NCBI GenBank assembly: GCA_000175855.1
Contig: ACYB01000042.1
Coordinates: forward strand, 150,001 to 182,000
Direction: 5' to 3'
DNA: 32,000 nt
Source of the DNA: Raphidiopsis brookii D9
GTDB taxonomy: Bacteria > Cyanobacteriota > Cyanobacteriia > Cyanobacteriales > Nostocaceae
This document shows positions 1 to 9,962 of this stretch, one piece after another. Within the stretch, counting starts at the first letter, position 1, and every line of letters begins with the position of its first letter. The translations under genes were made by a program, and so were the position numbers. The notes beneath the pieces are model-generated. The model did no database searches. It was not told where the DNA came from and saw nothing but the letters and a program-made list of their open reading frames with translations.

Positions 1-1262
1 CTTTAGTGACAGGTGAAGAAGTCGCTATCAAGGTACAACGCCCTAACCTGAGACCAATCATCACAAAAGACCTATACTTAATGCGGTGGGCAGCTAGCTG
101 GTTAAGTCCCTGGTTACCTCTCAATCTTGGTCATGACTTAACACTAATTGTGGATGAATTTGGCACCAAATTATTTGAAGAGATAGACTACATGAATGAA
201 GGGCGTAATGCAGAGAAATTCGCCCATAATTTTCGCAACAACCCGCAAGTAAAAGTACCAGTTATTTACTGGAGTTATAGTAGTCATCGAGTTTTAACCC
301 TGGAATGGATTAATGGTTATAAACTCACGGATACCGAAAGGATTCGTCAAGCTGGTTTAAATCCTGAAGGTATTATTCAAATTGGGGTTACTTCTGGTTT
401 ACAACAGCTATTAGAATATGGCTTTTTCCATGCGGATCCCCATCCGGGTAACTTATTTGCAGTGGATGATGGTCGCATGGCCTACATTGACTTTGGCATG
501 ATGGATCAGTTGGAGGAAACAACTAAGGAAACCTTGGTGGATGCGCTGGTGCATCTTGTGAATAAGGACTACGCCGATCTAGCGGAAGATTTTGTCAGTT
601 TGGGTTTTTTAGCCCCCGGGACAAATATTAGTCCTATTGTTCCAGCGTTAGAAGCGGTTTTGGGGAATGCTATTGGTAAGAATGTTGGGGATTTTAACTT
701 TAAAACTATCACCGATGAATTTTCGGAATTAATGTATGATTACCCCTTTCGAGTCCCCGCCAAATTTGCTTTGATTATTCGCTCCCTGGTAACCCAGGAA
801 GGAATTGCGTTGAGTCTTAACCGCAATTTTAAAATTGTGGAAGTTGGCTATCCATACATAGCACGTCGTCTACTGACTGGTGAATCACCTGCTTTAAGGA
901 GACGGTTATTGAACGTACTATTTAAAAATGGTAAGTTCCAATGGCAAAGGTTAGAAAATTTGATTTCCATTGCTCGTACAGATGGGGAGTTTGATGTGGT
1001 TCCCACCGCGAAAATGGGTTTACAGTATTTACTTTCTGAAGAAGGTAAATTCTTACGTCGTCAATTGGTTTTAGCGTTGACCGAAGACGACCGTTTGCAT
1101 ACTGATGAGATACAAAGATTATGGGAGTTAGTCAAAGATGATTTACCGCCCAATCGTTTATTCAACGTAGCTCTGAATATGTTGACCGAGTTCTCTCGGG
1201 AAAGTGTAGCAGCTATTTTACCCAGAGCAGGTTCTTTTCTTTCCTCTGTTATAGCTGAATAA
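1..1262 (+). CDS. ABC1/UbiB-family atypical protein kinase, 5'-truncated by the window edge
   Basis: The frame is open from nt 3. The translation carries VAIKVQRP (ATP-binding Lys), the HADPHPGN catalytic loop and IDFG, all typical of ABC1/ADCK kinases. Stop at 1260-1262. Confidence 0.85.
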   Translation, partial: LVTGEEVAIKVQRPNLRPIITKDLYLMRWAASWLSPWLPLNLGHDLTLIVDEFGTKLFEEIDYMNEGRNAEKFAHNFRNNPQVKVPVIYWSYSSHRVLTLEWINGYKLTDTERIRQAGLNPEGIIQIGVTSGLQQLLEYGFFHADPHPGNLFAVDDGRMAYIDFGMMDQLEETTKETLVDALVHLVNKDYADLAEDFVSLGFLAPGTNISPIVPALEAVLGNAIGKNVGDFNFKTITDEFSELMYDYPFRVPAKFALIIRSLVTQEGIALSLNRNFKIVEVGYPYIARRLLTGESPALRRRLLNVLFKNGKFQWQRLENLISIARTDGEFDVVPTAKMGLQYLLSEEGKFLRRQLVLALTEDDRLHTDEIQRLWELVKDDLPPNRLFNVALNMLTEFSRESVAAILPRAGSFLSSVIAE

Positions 1263-1310
1263 TAGCCTAGTTCGTTTTTGTTGATTAGTTTTTAAAAATC
1301 AGGAGTTTTC

Positions 1311-1685
1311 ATGTATTACTATCCTCTCCAACCACCTTATATTTTGCTACTGGTAGGTTTTCTGGCCGCGTTAACTTCTGGTTTTGCTTTGTCTGGTACC
1401 CTAAAGGTAATTGTGCAAAAATGGCCAGCTAATCAAATAGAACCCATTAAATCAGCTGGTTCTTTGAAAAAATTGTTATTGCCATTTATAGGAATTACAG
1501 GGGGCGTTTGTTTATTTATGTCTTCTGGGTTAGAAATATTTGGTTTTCCCTCCCCCCTCGCTTTGGGTATAGGTCTACCATTGAGTTTGGCAACTTGTTT
1601 GTTTGTCTGGTTCCAACTGGGTAGTTTACTAGAGTTTGTTAGTAATCGTGGAATGCAATCTCTTGATTTAGATTCTTGGTCTTAA
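1311..1685 (+). CDS. hypothetical small membrane protein (about 3 hydrophobic segments)
   Basis: 124-aa ORF with an AGGAG-like sequence just upstream and three hydrophobic stretches. No recognisable catalytic motif. Confidence 0.5.
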   Translation: MYYYPLQPPYILLLVGFLAALTSGFALSGTLKVIVQKWPANQIEPIKSAGSLKKLLLPFIGITGGVCLFMSSGLEIFGFPSPLALGIGLPLSLATCLFVWFQLGSLLEFVSNRGMQSLDLDSWS

Positions 1686-1709
1686 AGGTTCTCCAGAATC
1701 GTTGTTAAA

Positions 1710-1730
1710 TCTCTCCTCTTAGAGGAGAGA
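1710..1730 (+). terminator. perfect 9-bp stem / 3-nt loop hairpin downstream of the 124-aa ORF
   Basis: tctctcctc-tta-gaggagaga, 25 nt after the stop. It is followed by ggtttaataattt, which is only a weak T tract. Confidence 0.35.
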
Positions 1731-1772
1731 GGTTTAATAATTTCTATATAAGATATAAATGAGGCAAAAATA

Positions 1773-2546
1773 ATGCAAATCATTCAATTATCAGCACTGT
1801 CTGATAACTATATATTTCTCCTATACGATTCATATCATAATATTGCTGCTGTTGTCGATCCCGCTCAACCAGAACCAGTTATAGAAAAACTTACGGAATT
1901 ACAATGCAATTTGGTCGCCATTTTTAATACCCATCATCATCATGACCATGTGGGAGGTAATCAGAAATTAATTGAAAAATTTCCCCAGGTGACCATATAT
2001 GGTGGTATTCAAGACCGAGGAAGAATTCCGGGACAGCAGGTATTCCTACAAGCAAATGATATTGTTAAATTTGGCGATCGCCAGGGAATAGTATTATTCA
2101 TACCTGGTCATACTCGTGCTCATATTGCCTATTATTTTCCCCCTGTCACACCCGGTGAAACGGGAGAGTTATTTTGTGGTGACACTCTTTTTGCTGGTGG
2201 TTGTGGTCGTCTATTTGAGGGTACACCAGCACAAATGGTAGGGTCTTTGACTCAACTGAGAGCTTTACCTGATAACACTCGCGTCTGGTGTGCTCATGAG
2301 TACACCTGGAATAACCTACGCTTTGCGCTAACAGTAGATAGTGAAAATCAAGAATTACAAAAACGTTTTACAGAAGTAACAGCTCTTCGCCAACTTCAGC
2401 AACCTACAGTTCCTTCTATTCTAGGTATAGAAAAACAAACAAATCCCTTTTTACGTTGGGATCAACCCTCATTACAATTAGCTGTCAAGAGTAGTGACCC
2501 CATACAAACCTTCGCTAAAATTCGGGGAATGAAAGATAAATACTAA
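1773..2546 (+). CDS. gloB: hydroxyacylglutathione hydrolase (glyoxalase II, metallo-beta-lactamase fold)
   Basis: 257 aa with the THHHHDHVGG metal-binding motif. Overall layout is GloB-like, including the C-terminal NPFLR segment. Confidence 0.9.
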   Translation: MQIIQLSALSDNYIFLLYDSYHNIAAVVDPAQPEPVIEKLTELQCNLVAIFNTHHHHDHVGGNQKLIEKFPQVTIYGGIQDRGRIPGQQVFLQANDIVKFGDRQGIVLFIPGHTRAHIAYYFPPVTPGETGELFCGDTLFAGGCGRLFEGTPAQMVGSLTQLRALPDNTRVWCAHEYTWNNLRFALTVDSENQELQKRFTEVTALRQLQQPTVPSILGIEKQTNPFLRWDQPSLQLAVKSSDPIQTFAKIRGMKDKY

Positions 2547-4285
2547 AGCAAGGACATTTTTTCTAAACACTGTTTTCTCCATTGAGCATCCCTTTTTCTG
2601 TTGGTGGGAATTTCTAAAACCCTAATTCCCTCAGTTGGCAAAATTCTCAATCTTTCTTCTAACTGATGCCAAGAAATAATTAGTTCATAGTCAACACCAT
2701 AGGTAACACATAGATCGGCAAAGTTAATATTTTGGGGGGTGGCAAAAAAATCTTCAAAGGGCGGATCAAAATTGGCAATGGGCAACATTTCAAAAATACC
2801 ACCACCATTATTATTGATTAACACAATGGTCAAATGTCCCAGGAACTTATTTCTGAGCAAAAAACCATTGGTGTCATGTAATAGAGCCAGGTCTCCTGTA
2901 AGCATTACACTACCGAGACTTGTGTGATGTTGATGGGCTATTCCCAAAGCGGTGGAAAGACTACCATCAATACCATTAGCACCTCGATTAAAGTAGGGTT
3001 TGATTCTTAAACTGTTGGGTTTCCAAAAGAATTCCACATCTCGTACTGGCATACTATTGGCAATAAATAATGGAGTGTTTACTGGAAGTAAGTGAGAGAT
3101 TAACCAAGCAGCTTTACTTTCGGTTAACTCTTCGGTTTTTAAAAACATATCATCAATATTTTTCCTTACTGCTGCTTCCATTGCACACCATTGTTGTAAA
3201 TACTGTTGTAAACATAAACTCGCCACACTATCCCACACTCCTTCTCCCCCAAAGTCTAAATCCTCCACACATATTCTCAGGTGTACGGTTTTTCCATGCA
3301 GAGGATCTATATTTTCAAAAGAACTATCAATGACAAAACGCTGGGCATTGACCTCCATTAACCAATGGCGTAATTCTTTACTAGTGGGCATTTCCCCAAT
3401 TTGAATTATTATTTGTGGAGTTAATTCCTGACGCAGTTGTGGATTACGTAAAATCAGATCGTATGTGGAAATTAAATAAGGACATAAATCCGCATAATTC
3501 CTCACCGGAGAAAGTCCTTCTGCGAGAACTGGCCATTGTAAGGTTTGAGAAAGACAAGAAATGGCCCGACAATATTTTTCCGGGTCTTGAGGTTGTGCTA
3601 CCCCTGCAATAATAATACCCCGTTCATATTTTTTCCATTCTAAGGGTAATGGATAATTGACAGTTGGTAAGGGGGTGGGAATGATTCCCTTGAAAAATTC
3701 TGCAGTGTCTAATATAAAATCAGTTCCATCAGCAACTGGTGCAAGAGGATCCCGAAAAGGTATATTTAAATGTACAACTCCTCCCCTAGGAAACTGACAA
3801 CGTTTCCAAGCATGAATTATGGTTTGTCGCAAATAACTTAACATTTGTATTTCAGCAATGGGAGTTGCTAACTCCGTTTGCCAATTGGGATAATTACCGT
3901 ATAATTTGACCTGGTCAATAGTTTGTCCAGAATGACAATCTCGTAATTCTGGTGGTCTATCAGCAGTCAGGAGTAACAGGGGTACACGACTTTCCTTGGC
4001 TTCGATTACTGCAGGGTAAAAATTTGCCCCCGCTGTTCCAGAGGTGCACACTAGCACTACAGGTTTTCCCCTAGCTTTCGCCCTTCCCAGGGCAAAAAAA
4101 GCTCCTGAACGCTCGTCCAGAATTGGTATAGATTCAATATCTGATGCTTGTTGACAAAAGGCCAAGGTTAAGGGAGTGGAACGAGAACCAGGACATAAAA
4201 TGGCAAAATCCAATCCCAAATGCTTTAGGGTTGAGACTACTACATAAGACCACAGCTGATTGACATTTTTAAAAACCAAGTGCAT
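2543..4285 (-). CDS. menD: 2-succinyl-5-enolpyruvyl-6-hydroxy-3-cyclohexene-1-carboxylate (SEPHCHC) synthase, phylloquinone pathway
   Basis: 580 aa. The N-terminus has PGSRSTPL and the C-terminus has the ThDP motif GDLALLHDTNG...NNNGGGIF. Its stop overlaps the gloB stop by 4 nt (convergent). Confidence 0.9.
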   Translation of the reverse strand: MHLVFKNVNQLWSYVVVSTLKHLGLDFAILCPGSRSTPLTLAFCQQASDIESIPILDERSGAFFALGRAKARGKPVVLVCTSGTAGANFYPAVIEAKESRVPLLLLTADRPPELRDCHSGQTIDQVKLYGNYPNWQTELATPIAEIQMLSYLRQTIIHAWKRCQFPRGGVVHLNIPFRDPLAPVADGTDFILDTAEFFKGIIPTPLPTVNYPLPLEWKKYERGIIIAGVAQPQDPEKYCRAISCLSQTLQWPVLAEGLSPVRNYADLCPYLISTYDLILRNPQLRQELTPQIIIQIGEMPTSKELRHWLMEVNAQRFVIDSSFENIDPLHGKTVHLRICVEDLDFGGEGVWDSVASLCLQQYLQQWCAMEAAVRKNIDDMFLKTEELTESKAAWLISHLLPVNTPLFIANSMPVRDVEFFWKPNSLRIKPYFNRGANGIDGSLSTALGIAHQHHTSLGSVMLTGDLALLHDTNGFLLRNKFLGHLTIVLINNNGGGIFEMLPIANFDPPFEDFFATPQNINFADLCVTYGVDYELIISWHQLEERLRILPTEGIRVLEIPTNRKRDAQWRKQCLEKMSLL

Positions 4286-4314
4286 TAAATGAATTCTAGA
4301 ACCGGAATATTTTT

Positions 4315-4686
4315 ATGGACTGTATTAATTTAACAGGGATTCGCAGTTATGGCTATATTGGCTACTTACCAGAAGAAAAGATTTTAGGACAGTGGTTTGA
4401 GGTGGATTTAAAATTGTGGATGGATCTTTCCCAAGCTGCTGTTACTGATAATATACATCATACTGTGGACTACCGCAGTGTAATTGATTTGGTGCAAAAT
4501 CTGGTCAAAACCTCTAGTTTTGATTTGTTGGAGCGTTTAGCAGGAGCTATTGCTAGTGAGATTCTCCAATACAATGATATAATTAGTCGGGTACAAGTTA
4601 CCGTTATTAAACCCACACCACCTATTCCTGACTTCACCGGTAGAATTAGTGTGGAAATGACTAAGTTTGATACTCCCCAGCCCTAA
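4315..4686 (+). CDS. folB: dihydroneopterin aldolase
   Basis: 123 aa. The stretch GIRSYGYIGYLPEEKILGQWFEVDL...TVDYRSV is typical of the FolB family. Confidence 0.8.
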   Translation: MDCINLTGIRSYGYIGYLPEEKILGQWFEVDLKLWMDLSQAAVTDNIHHTVDYRSVIDLVQNLVKTSSFDLLERLAGAIASEILQYNDIISRVQVTVIKPTPPIPDFTGRISVEMTKFDTPQP

Positions 4687-4700
4687 AGAGTTGGGGAGTG

Positions 4701-5117
4701 TCAATGCTCAAGAAAAACCTTAGCATGAGCGTATTTTTCCAACCGCCTTAAGTCTTTGGGACCGGGATTGGGTATCCTATCAGGGAGCATGTTGTCAGTC
4801 AAGTCAGCTAACTTCACCACCCGGGCCAAATCATTGGACTTCACACGGGCCAAGTAGGTATGGTAATCATCGTCAGGAAGCTTGGTGATGGCCTTGACAG
4901 CATCGATCACAGCCCCATTGAAACCCTCAGCAGCCAACCGGTTAAAGTCCCACTCCGAGCAGTCTTCGACTACGTCGTGAAGGGCGGCGACGATTTTGGC
5001 ATCACCATCGCGGACGTTATCCACTACCCGTAACACGTGACCGATATAAGGAGCCCCGGCCTTGTCTTTTTGTCCAGCATGGGCAGCAGTGGCAATCATA
5101 AGAGCTTTTTTCAACAT
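4701..5117 (-). CDS. stand-alone RelA/SpoT-type HD-domain hydrolase (small alarmone hydrolase-like)
   Basis: 138 aa. It carries GHVLRV (His), LHDVVED (HD motif) and VKLADLTDNM (equivalent to KLADRLHNM in Rel/SpoT hydrolase domains). A GAGG Shine-Dalgarno sequence lies upstream. It sits 30 nt downstream of thrB on the same strand. Confidence 0.75.
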   Translation of the reverse strand: MLKKALMIATAAHAGQKDKAGAPYIGHVLRVVDNVRDGDAKIVAALHDVVEDCSEWDFNRLAAEGFNGAVIDAVKAITKLPDDDYHTYLARVKSNDLARVVKLADLTDNMLPDRIPNPGPKDLRRLEKYAHAKVFLEH

Positions 5118-5147
5118 GGAACCTCATAGGATTTAATAGCTATTTGA

Positions 5148-6071
5148 TTATTTAATCCCTGCACTGTAGCTTATCCCATTAACTTCAATGGGAAGGGGCA
5201 ACACTGTAGATGTTATCCCTATCTCTAGCCAAGCATCGGTCATAGCTTGGACTACTCCAGGGGAGTGCATACGGTCTGTTAGTGCTAATAAGGTTGGACC
5301 TGCTCCACTAATTACCATACCATGGGCACCAGCTTCTATCACAGCATTCTCTACATGATCATAACCGAGAATTAGAGATTGACGATAGGGTTGATGTAAT
5401 TTGTCTTGTAAGGCGGCTTGTAACCATTCTTTCTGATTGGTAGCTAGGGCCTGCAATAACAAACCAAAATGGGAAGCATTAAAAACTGCATCGTCACGAC
5501 TAATTTCTGTTGGCAAAACTTTGCGGGCTTGGGATGTGGATAATTCAAAGTCGGGGATGGCTACTACTGGTATAATCTCAGGGTGCCACTGCACTGGACA
5601 AATTTCCCAACCTCTGCTGCTAGTTGCTGCTAACTGACATCCCCCCAAAAAGGCAGGAACAACGTTATCCGGGTGACCCTCCATTTCAATAGCTAATTTT
5701 ATCACATCCTGTGGAGATAGGGGCGAATCAGCTAGAATGTTACCCCCCACTAGCCCCCCTACTATGGCCGTAGCTGAACTACCTAAACCCCTGGCTAGGG
5801 GAACACCTAAATTAATCTCAATTTCCACCCCTGGGGGTGTTTTATTGATACGCTCATACAGCTTAACAAATGCTTGATAGATTAAGTTACTGCTGTCAGT
5901 TTGAACCTTTTCTGCTTCCTTACCATGAACTTTAATACACAAATCGGAATCACTCAGGGTAAACTTAAATTCATTGTACAATTGCAGTGCCGCACCAATA
6001 CAGTCAAAACCAGGGCCTAAGTTGGCAGTGGTAGCTGGGACTTTAACGATAACATGAGAAATTATGGACAT
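5148..6071 (-). CDS. thrB: homoserine kinase
   Basis: 307 aa. It has the GHMP-kinase motif PLARGLGSSATA and an N-terminal PATTANLGPGFD stretch. Confidence 0.9.
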   Translation of the reverse strand: MSIISHVIVKVPATTANLGPGFDCIGAALQLYNEFKFTLSDSDLCIKVHGKEAEKVQTDSSNLIYQAFVKLYERINKTPPGVEIEINLGVPLARGLGSSATAIVGGLVGGNILADSPLSPQDVIKLAIEMEGHPDNVVPAFLGGCQLAATSSRGWEICPVQWHPEIIPVVAIPDFELSTSQARKVLPTEISRDDAVFNASHFGLLLQALATNQKEWLQAALQDKLHQPYRQSLILGYDHVENAVIEAGAHGMVISGAGPTLLALTDRMHSPGVVQAMTDAWLEIGITSTVLPLPIEVNGISYSAGIK

Positions 6072-6274
6072 GGAAATAAATGAGAAGACTTTAAGCCATC
6101 ACCCAAATACTTTGATTCTTGGATTGAACCATAAAATGGCAAGCATAAGATTAGTAGATGGTAATATTTCTCTATGGATACATACCGCAAAAAATTATCG
6201 GAAATAGTAAAAACATTGTTACAAAATTTTGTACAATGTCATCATCAAACAAATGAGTATTTTTCCCTATTGAC

Positions 6275-7915
6275 ATGATGGTGGATAATTTCCCTTGGTT
6301 GACGACGATTATCGTCCTCCCCCTGCTGGCAGCCTGCCTGATTCCCTTAATACCAGACAAGGACGGTAAAACAGTTCGTTGGTATGCGTTAGGTGTGGCT
6401 ATTGCCGATTTTGCGTTAATTTGTTATGCTTTCTGGACACACTATAATTCAGTTGATACGGGTTTTCAACTAGTAGAGAGTTATAATTGGATGCCCACCC
6501 TAGGACTCAAGTGGGCAGTAGGAGTAGATGGTATTTCTGCACCTTTGGTACTGTTGGCGGGTTTTGTGACCACCCTTTCTATGTTTTCGGCCTGGCAAGT
6601 AGACCGCAGGCCACGCCTATTTTACTCGTTGATGTTGGTGCTATATGCAGCACAAATAGGAGTGTTTGTCGCCAAGGACTTGTTGTTATTCTTTATCATG
6701 TGGGAAGTGGAACTAATTCCCGTATATTTATTAGTTTCTATTTGGGGTGGTCAAAAAAGACGTTACGCCGCTACAAAGTTTATCATATACACCGCAGCTG
6801 CTTCCATCTTTATACTAATAGCTGCTCTGGCCATGGGGTTATACGGTGGAGCTAATCTCAGTTTTGATGTTAGCGACCTAGCCAGCAAAAACTACCCTCT
6901 TACCCTACAATTACTGCTGTATGCAGGACTATTTATTGCTTTTGGAGTCAAGTTAGCAATTTTCCCCCTTCATACCTGGTTACCAGATGCACATGGGGAA
7001 GCATCTTCTCCTGTGTCAATGATTTTGGCAGGAGTGCTGCTGAAAATGGGTGGTTACGGACTAATTCGCCTCAACATGGAATTATTACCGGATGCTCACA
7101 TTTATTTTGCACCAGTAATAGCAGTTCTGGGTGTGGTGAATATTATTTATGGTGCATTAAACTCCTTTGCCCAAACGAATATGAAACGACGTTTGGCTTT
7201 CTCATCCATTTCTCACATGGGTTTTGTCCTCCTCGGTTTGGCTTCCTTTACTGATTTGGGTATGAATGGAGCAATGCTACAAATGCTATCCCATGGATTA
7301 ATTGCCTCCGTTCTCTTCTTTTTAGCTGGTGTTACTTATGACCGTACTCATACCATGGTAATGAAGGATATGGGCGGTGTTGGTCAAGCTATGCCCATAG
7401 TATTTGCGTTGTTTACCATGGGTGCCATGGCTTCCCTAGCTTTACCGGGAATGAGTGGTTTTGTGGGAGAGCTTTCCGTATTTGTCGGTGTAGCAACTAG
7501 TGATGTTTATACATCTACTTTCTGTACAGTGACAGTTTTCCTCGCAGCTGTGGGTGTTATTCTCACACCGATTTATCTGCTTTCCATGTTACGTCAGGTA
7601 TTTTATGGTAAGGATGCAGCTTTGACGTGCGATATCACTAATGCGGGAATGGAGAATCAGGAAGACGAAGGAACCGCCTGTTTTGGTACTGATTGTCTTT
7701 TACCTAATCAGTCAATTTACAGTGATGCCAAACCTAGGGAAGTATTTATAGCAGGTTGTTTCCTGGTATTAATTATTGGCATTGGTTTATATCCCAAGGT
7801 ATTTATGCAAATGTATGATGCTAAAACCGTGGCTGTCAATGCCCATATTCGTCAGTCTTATACTGTTATCTCCCAAAGTTCTCCCAGTATTTACGCTTTG
7901 GCAAATCTCAGGTAG
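6275..7915 (+). CDS. ndhD: NAD(P)H-quinone oxidoreductase (NDH-1) subunit 4, NdhD1/D2-type
   Basis: 546 aa polytopic membrane protein. The N-terminus [12 protein letters not shown]...[16 protein letters not shown] and the [11 protein letters not shown] motif are typical of NdhD/NuoM. Confidence 0.9.
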   Translation: MMVDNFPWLTTIIVLPLLAACLIPLIPDKDGKTVRWYALGVAIADFALICYAFWTHYNSVDTGFQLVESYNWMPTLGLKWAVGVDGISAPLVLLAGFVTTLSMFSAWQVDRRPRLFYSLMLVLYAAQIGVFVAKDLLLFFIMWEVELIPVYLLVSIWGGQKRRYAATKFIIYTAAASIFILIAALAMGLYGGANLSFDVSDLASKNYPLTLQLLLYAGLFIAFGVKLAIFPLHTWLPDAHGEASSPVSMILAGVLLKMGGYGLIRLNMELLPDAHIYFAPVIAVLGVVNIIYGALNSFAQTNMKRRLAFSSISHMGFVLLGLASFTDLGMNGAMLQMLSHGLIASVLFFLAGVTYDRTHTMVMKDMGGVGQAMPIVFALFTMGAMASLALPGMSGFVGELSVFVGVATSDVYTSTFCTVTVFLAAVGVILTPIYLLSMLRQVFYGKDAALTCDITNAGMENQEDEGTACFGTDCLLPNQSIYSDAKPREVFIAGCFLVLIIGIGLYPKVFMQMYDAKTVAVNAHIRQSYTVISQSSPSIYALANLR

Positions 7916-7933
7916 ACCCCATGACCCCCCGTC

Positions 7934-9764
7934 CTAAAAGTTGCTATAGTTGATTATGGACTCCTGCATTTTCTCGACAACTTTTTCGACGGGTATCACA
8001 CCTAGTTCACCAGATGCACGCGTGCGAATACTCAGAGAATTAGTTTCCACCTCTTTGGCACCTACTACCGCCATCACCGGTATTTTATCTTTCTCCCCAT
8101 TACGGATTAGTTTGGCCAGGCGATCGCCACTTAGGTCTGCTTGAGCTCTAATTCCCAACTCTGTCATTTTCCTAGCTATTTCTTTGGTGAACTCAATTTG
8201 TTGTTCACCAACTGGTAGCAGTCGAATTTGTACTGGTGCTAACCAGAGGGGAAAATCTCCTGCATATTCTTCAATTAAAATGCCAATCAGTCTTTCTAGG
8301 GAACCAAAGGGAGCTCGGTGAATCATAACTGGGCGTTTTCGGGACCCATCCTCCGCTACATATTCTAGGTCAAACCTTTCCGGTAGATTGTAGTCCACCT
8401 GTACTGTTCCCAATTGCCATTCTCTTTCTAAAACATCGCTGAAGATAAAGTCCAGTTTTGGACCATAAAAAGCTGCTTCCCCTATACCTTCAAAGTGATC
8501 CATTCCCAACTGCTGCACCGCACGACGAATTGCTCCCTCTGCTTTATCCCAAACTTCGTCCCCACCAATGTATTTATCACTGGTCGGATCTCTAAAACTC
8601 AATCTCGCTTTAAAATTCTTAAGTTGTAAACTTCTAAATACGGTCAAGATTAAATCTACAACATTTAAAAACTCTCCATCTAATTGCTCTGGTGTGACAA
8701 ATAAATGGGAATCATCCACGGTAAAACCTCGTACACGGGTTAAACCTCCTAACTCACCGGACTGCTCATAACGGTAAACTGTGCCAAATTCTGCCAAGCG
8801 CATGGGTAATTCTCGGTAAGAACGCAGTTCACTTTTATATATTTGAATATGAAATGGGCAGTTCATGGGTTTGAGGACAAAACCCTGGTCTAGGGCTTTT
8901 GATTCCTCATTTTCAGCCATCATGGGAAACATATCTTCTTTGTATTTTTGCCAGTGTCCCGATGTTTTAAATAAATCTACTCTGGCAATATGGGGGTAAC
9001 CACTGGTAAATAACCCCTTTTTAACTGTTCTTTTTTGAGGAAATCTTCTAAGATGCTTCTCAATAAGGTACCTTTGGGGGTCCATAAGGGTAAACCTGGA
9101 CCTACAGGGTCAGAGAAAATAAATAAACCCAATTCTTTACCAATTTTACGATGGTCACGTCTTAAAGCTTCTTCTTTGCGACGTTTATATTCTCCTAGCT
9201 GTTCGGGGGTTTCCCATGCAGTGGCATAAATACGCTGCAATTGAGCTTTAGTTTCATCACCACGCCAGTAAGCACCTGCAACGCTTTCTAGTTCGATAGC
9301 TTTGGGATTGATATCCTTAGTGTTTTCTACATGGGGACCTGCACATAAATCCCACCATTCATCCCCTAAGTGATAAATAGTGATTGGTTCTTGTTTAATA
9401 TCTGCCAAAATCTCTAATTTATATGGCTCCTGAATTTTTTCGATCCGTTTTTTAGCTTCCTCTCGACTGACTTCTTCCCGTATCAAGGGTAATTTACGGT
9501 TAATAATCTTCACCATTTCTTTTTGAATGGCTTTTAAATCTTTATCGCTAAAGGGTTCTGGGTTATCAAAGTCATAGTAAAAACCATTCTCAATCCACGG
9601 ACCTATGGTCACTTGCGCCTTGGGAAACAGCTTTTGTACTGCCATGGCCATGATATGGGAAGCACTATGGCGAATTTTTTTTAAGGTCTCTGATTCGCTG
9701 GTCTTGGGTAAATAAATTTTTCCGTTGGTTTTTCTAGATTTTGAGCTTCTTGATTTGACGACAT
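7934..9764 (-). pseudogene. thrS: threonyl-tRNA synthetase interrupted by two 1-nt frameshifts; possibly intact if these are sequencing errors
   Basis: It reads in three frame segments: 9764-~9719, ~9718-8995 and 8994-7934. It has the editing-domain HxxxH (RHSASHIMAMA), class II motif 2 (YRYEQSGELGGLTRVRGFTVDDSH), motif 3 (GSLERLIGILIEEYAG) and a C-terminal anticodon-binding domain. The frames join if the T5 run at 9717-9721 and the G5 run at 8992-8996 (+ strand) are each read as 6. Confidence 0.85.
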
Positions 9765-9962
9765 CGGCTGTTGGTAGCTTTTAAATTAATGTTGACAGAA
9801 CTAGTTTTGATAAGAAATATCCTATGATTCTCCTAATTTACCAAAATATCCGCTCGGAGGAAGCTCTCTTGTTCTATTTTTTCTTTGAGAAAATTTACAG
9901 ATTGTAAAGTTTTATAAATAGAGTTAATATAAGAGTGACCTTTAGAAATATACTTCTCATAT

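Noticed and set aside
2739-3612. Three small + strand ORFs (62, 87 and 65 aa) inside menD
   Set aside because: They are antisense to the menD frame and have no ribosome-binding sites or motifs.
6487-6855. 122-aa ORF in an alternative + frame inside ndhD
   Set aside because: It overlaps the conserved NdhD frame, has no start context or motif, and is a frame artefact.
7610-7735. Cys-containing acidic loop ([23 protein letters not shown]...) near the NdhD C-terminus that seemed longer than I remember for NdhD1
   Set aside because: I cannot judge insertion length or conservation without an alignment. The region is known to be variable.
8985-9725. Programmed ribosomal frameshifting in thrS
   Set aside because: There are two separate shifts. 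No slippery heptamer plus downstream structure is evident, and similar homopolymer breaks occur in unrelated genes. Indels or miscalls are more parsimonious.
9792-9820. TTGACA-17 nt-AAATAT as a promoter in the thrS/hypothetical divergent region
   Set aside because: The -35 box is perfect, but the -10 box matches only 3 of 6 positions. That is not enough to call a promoter.
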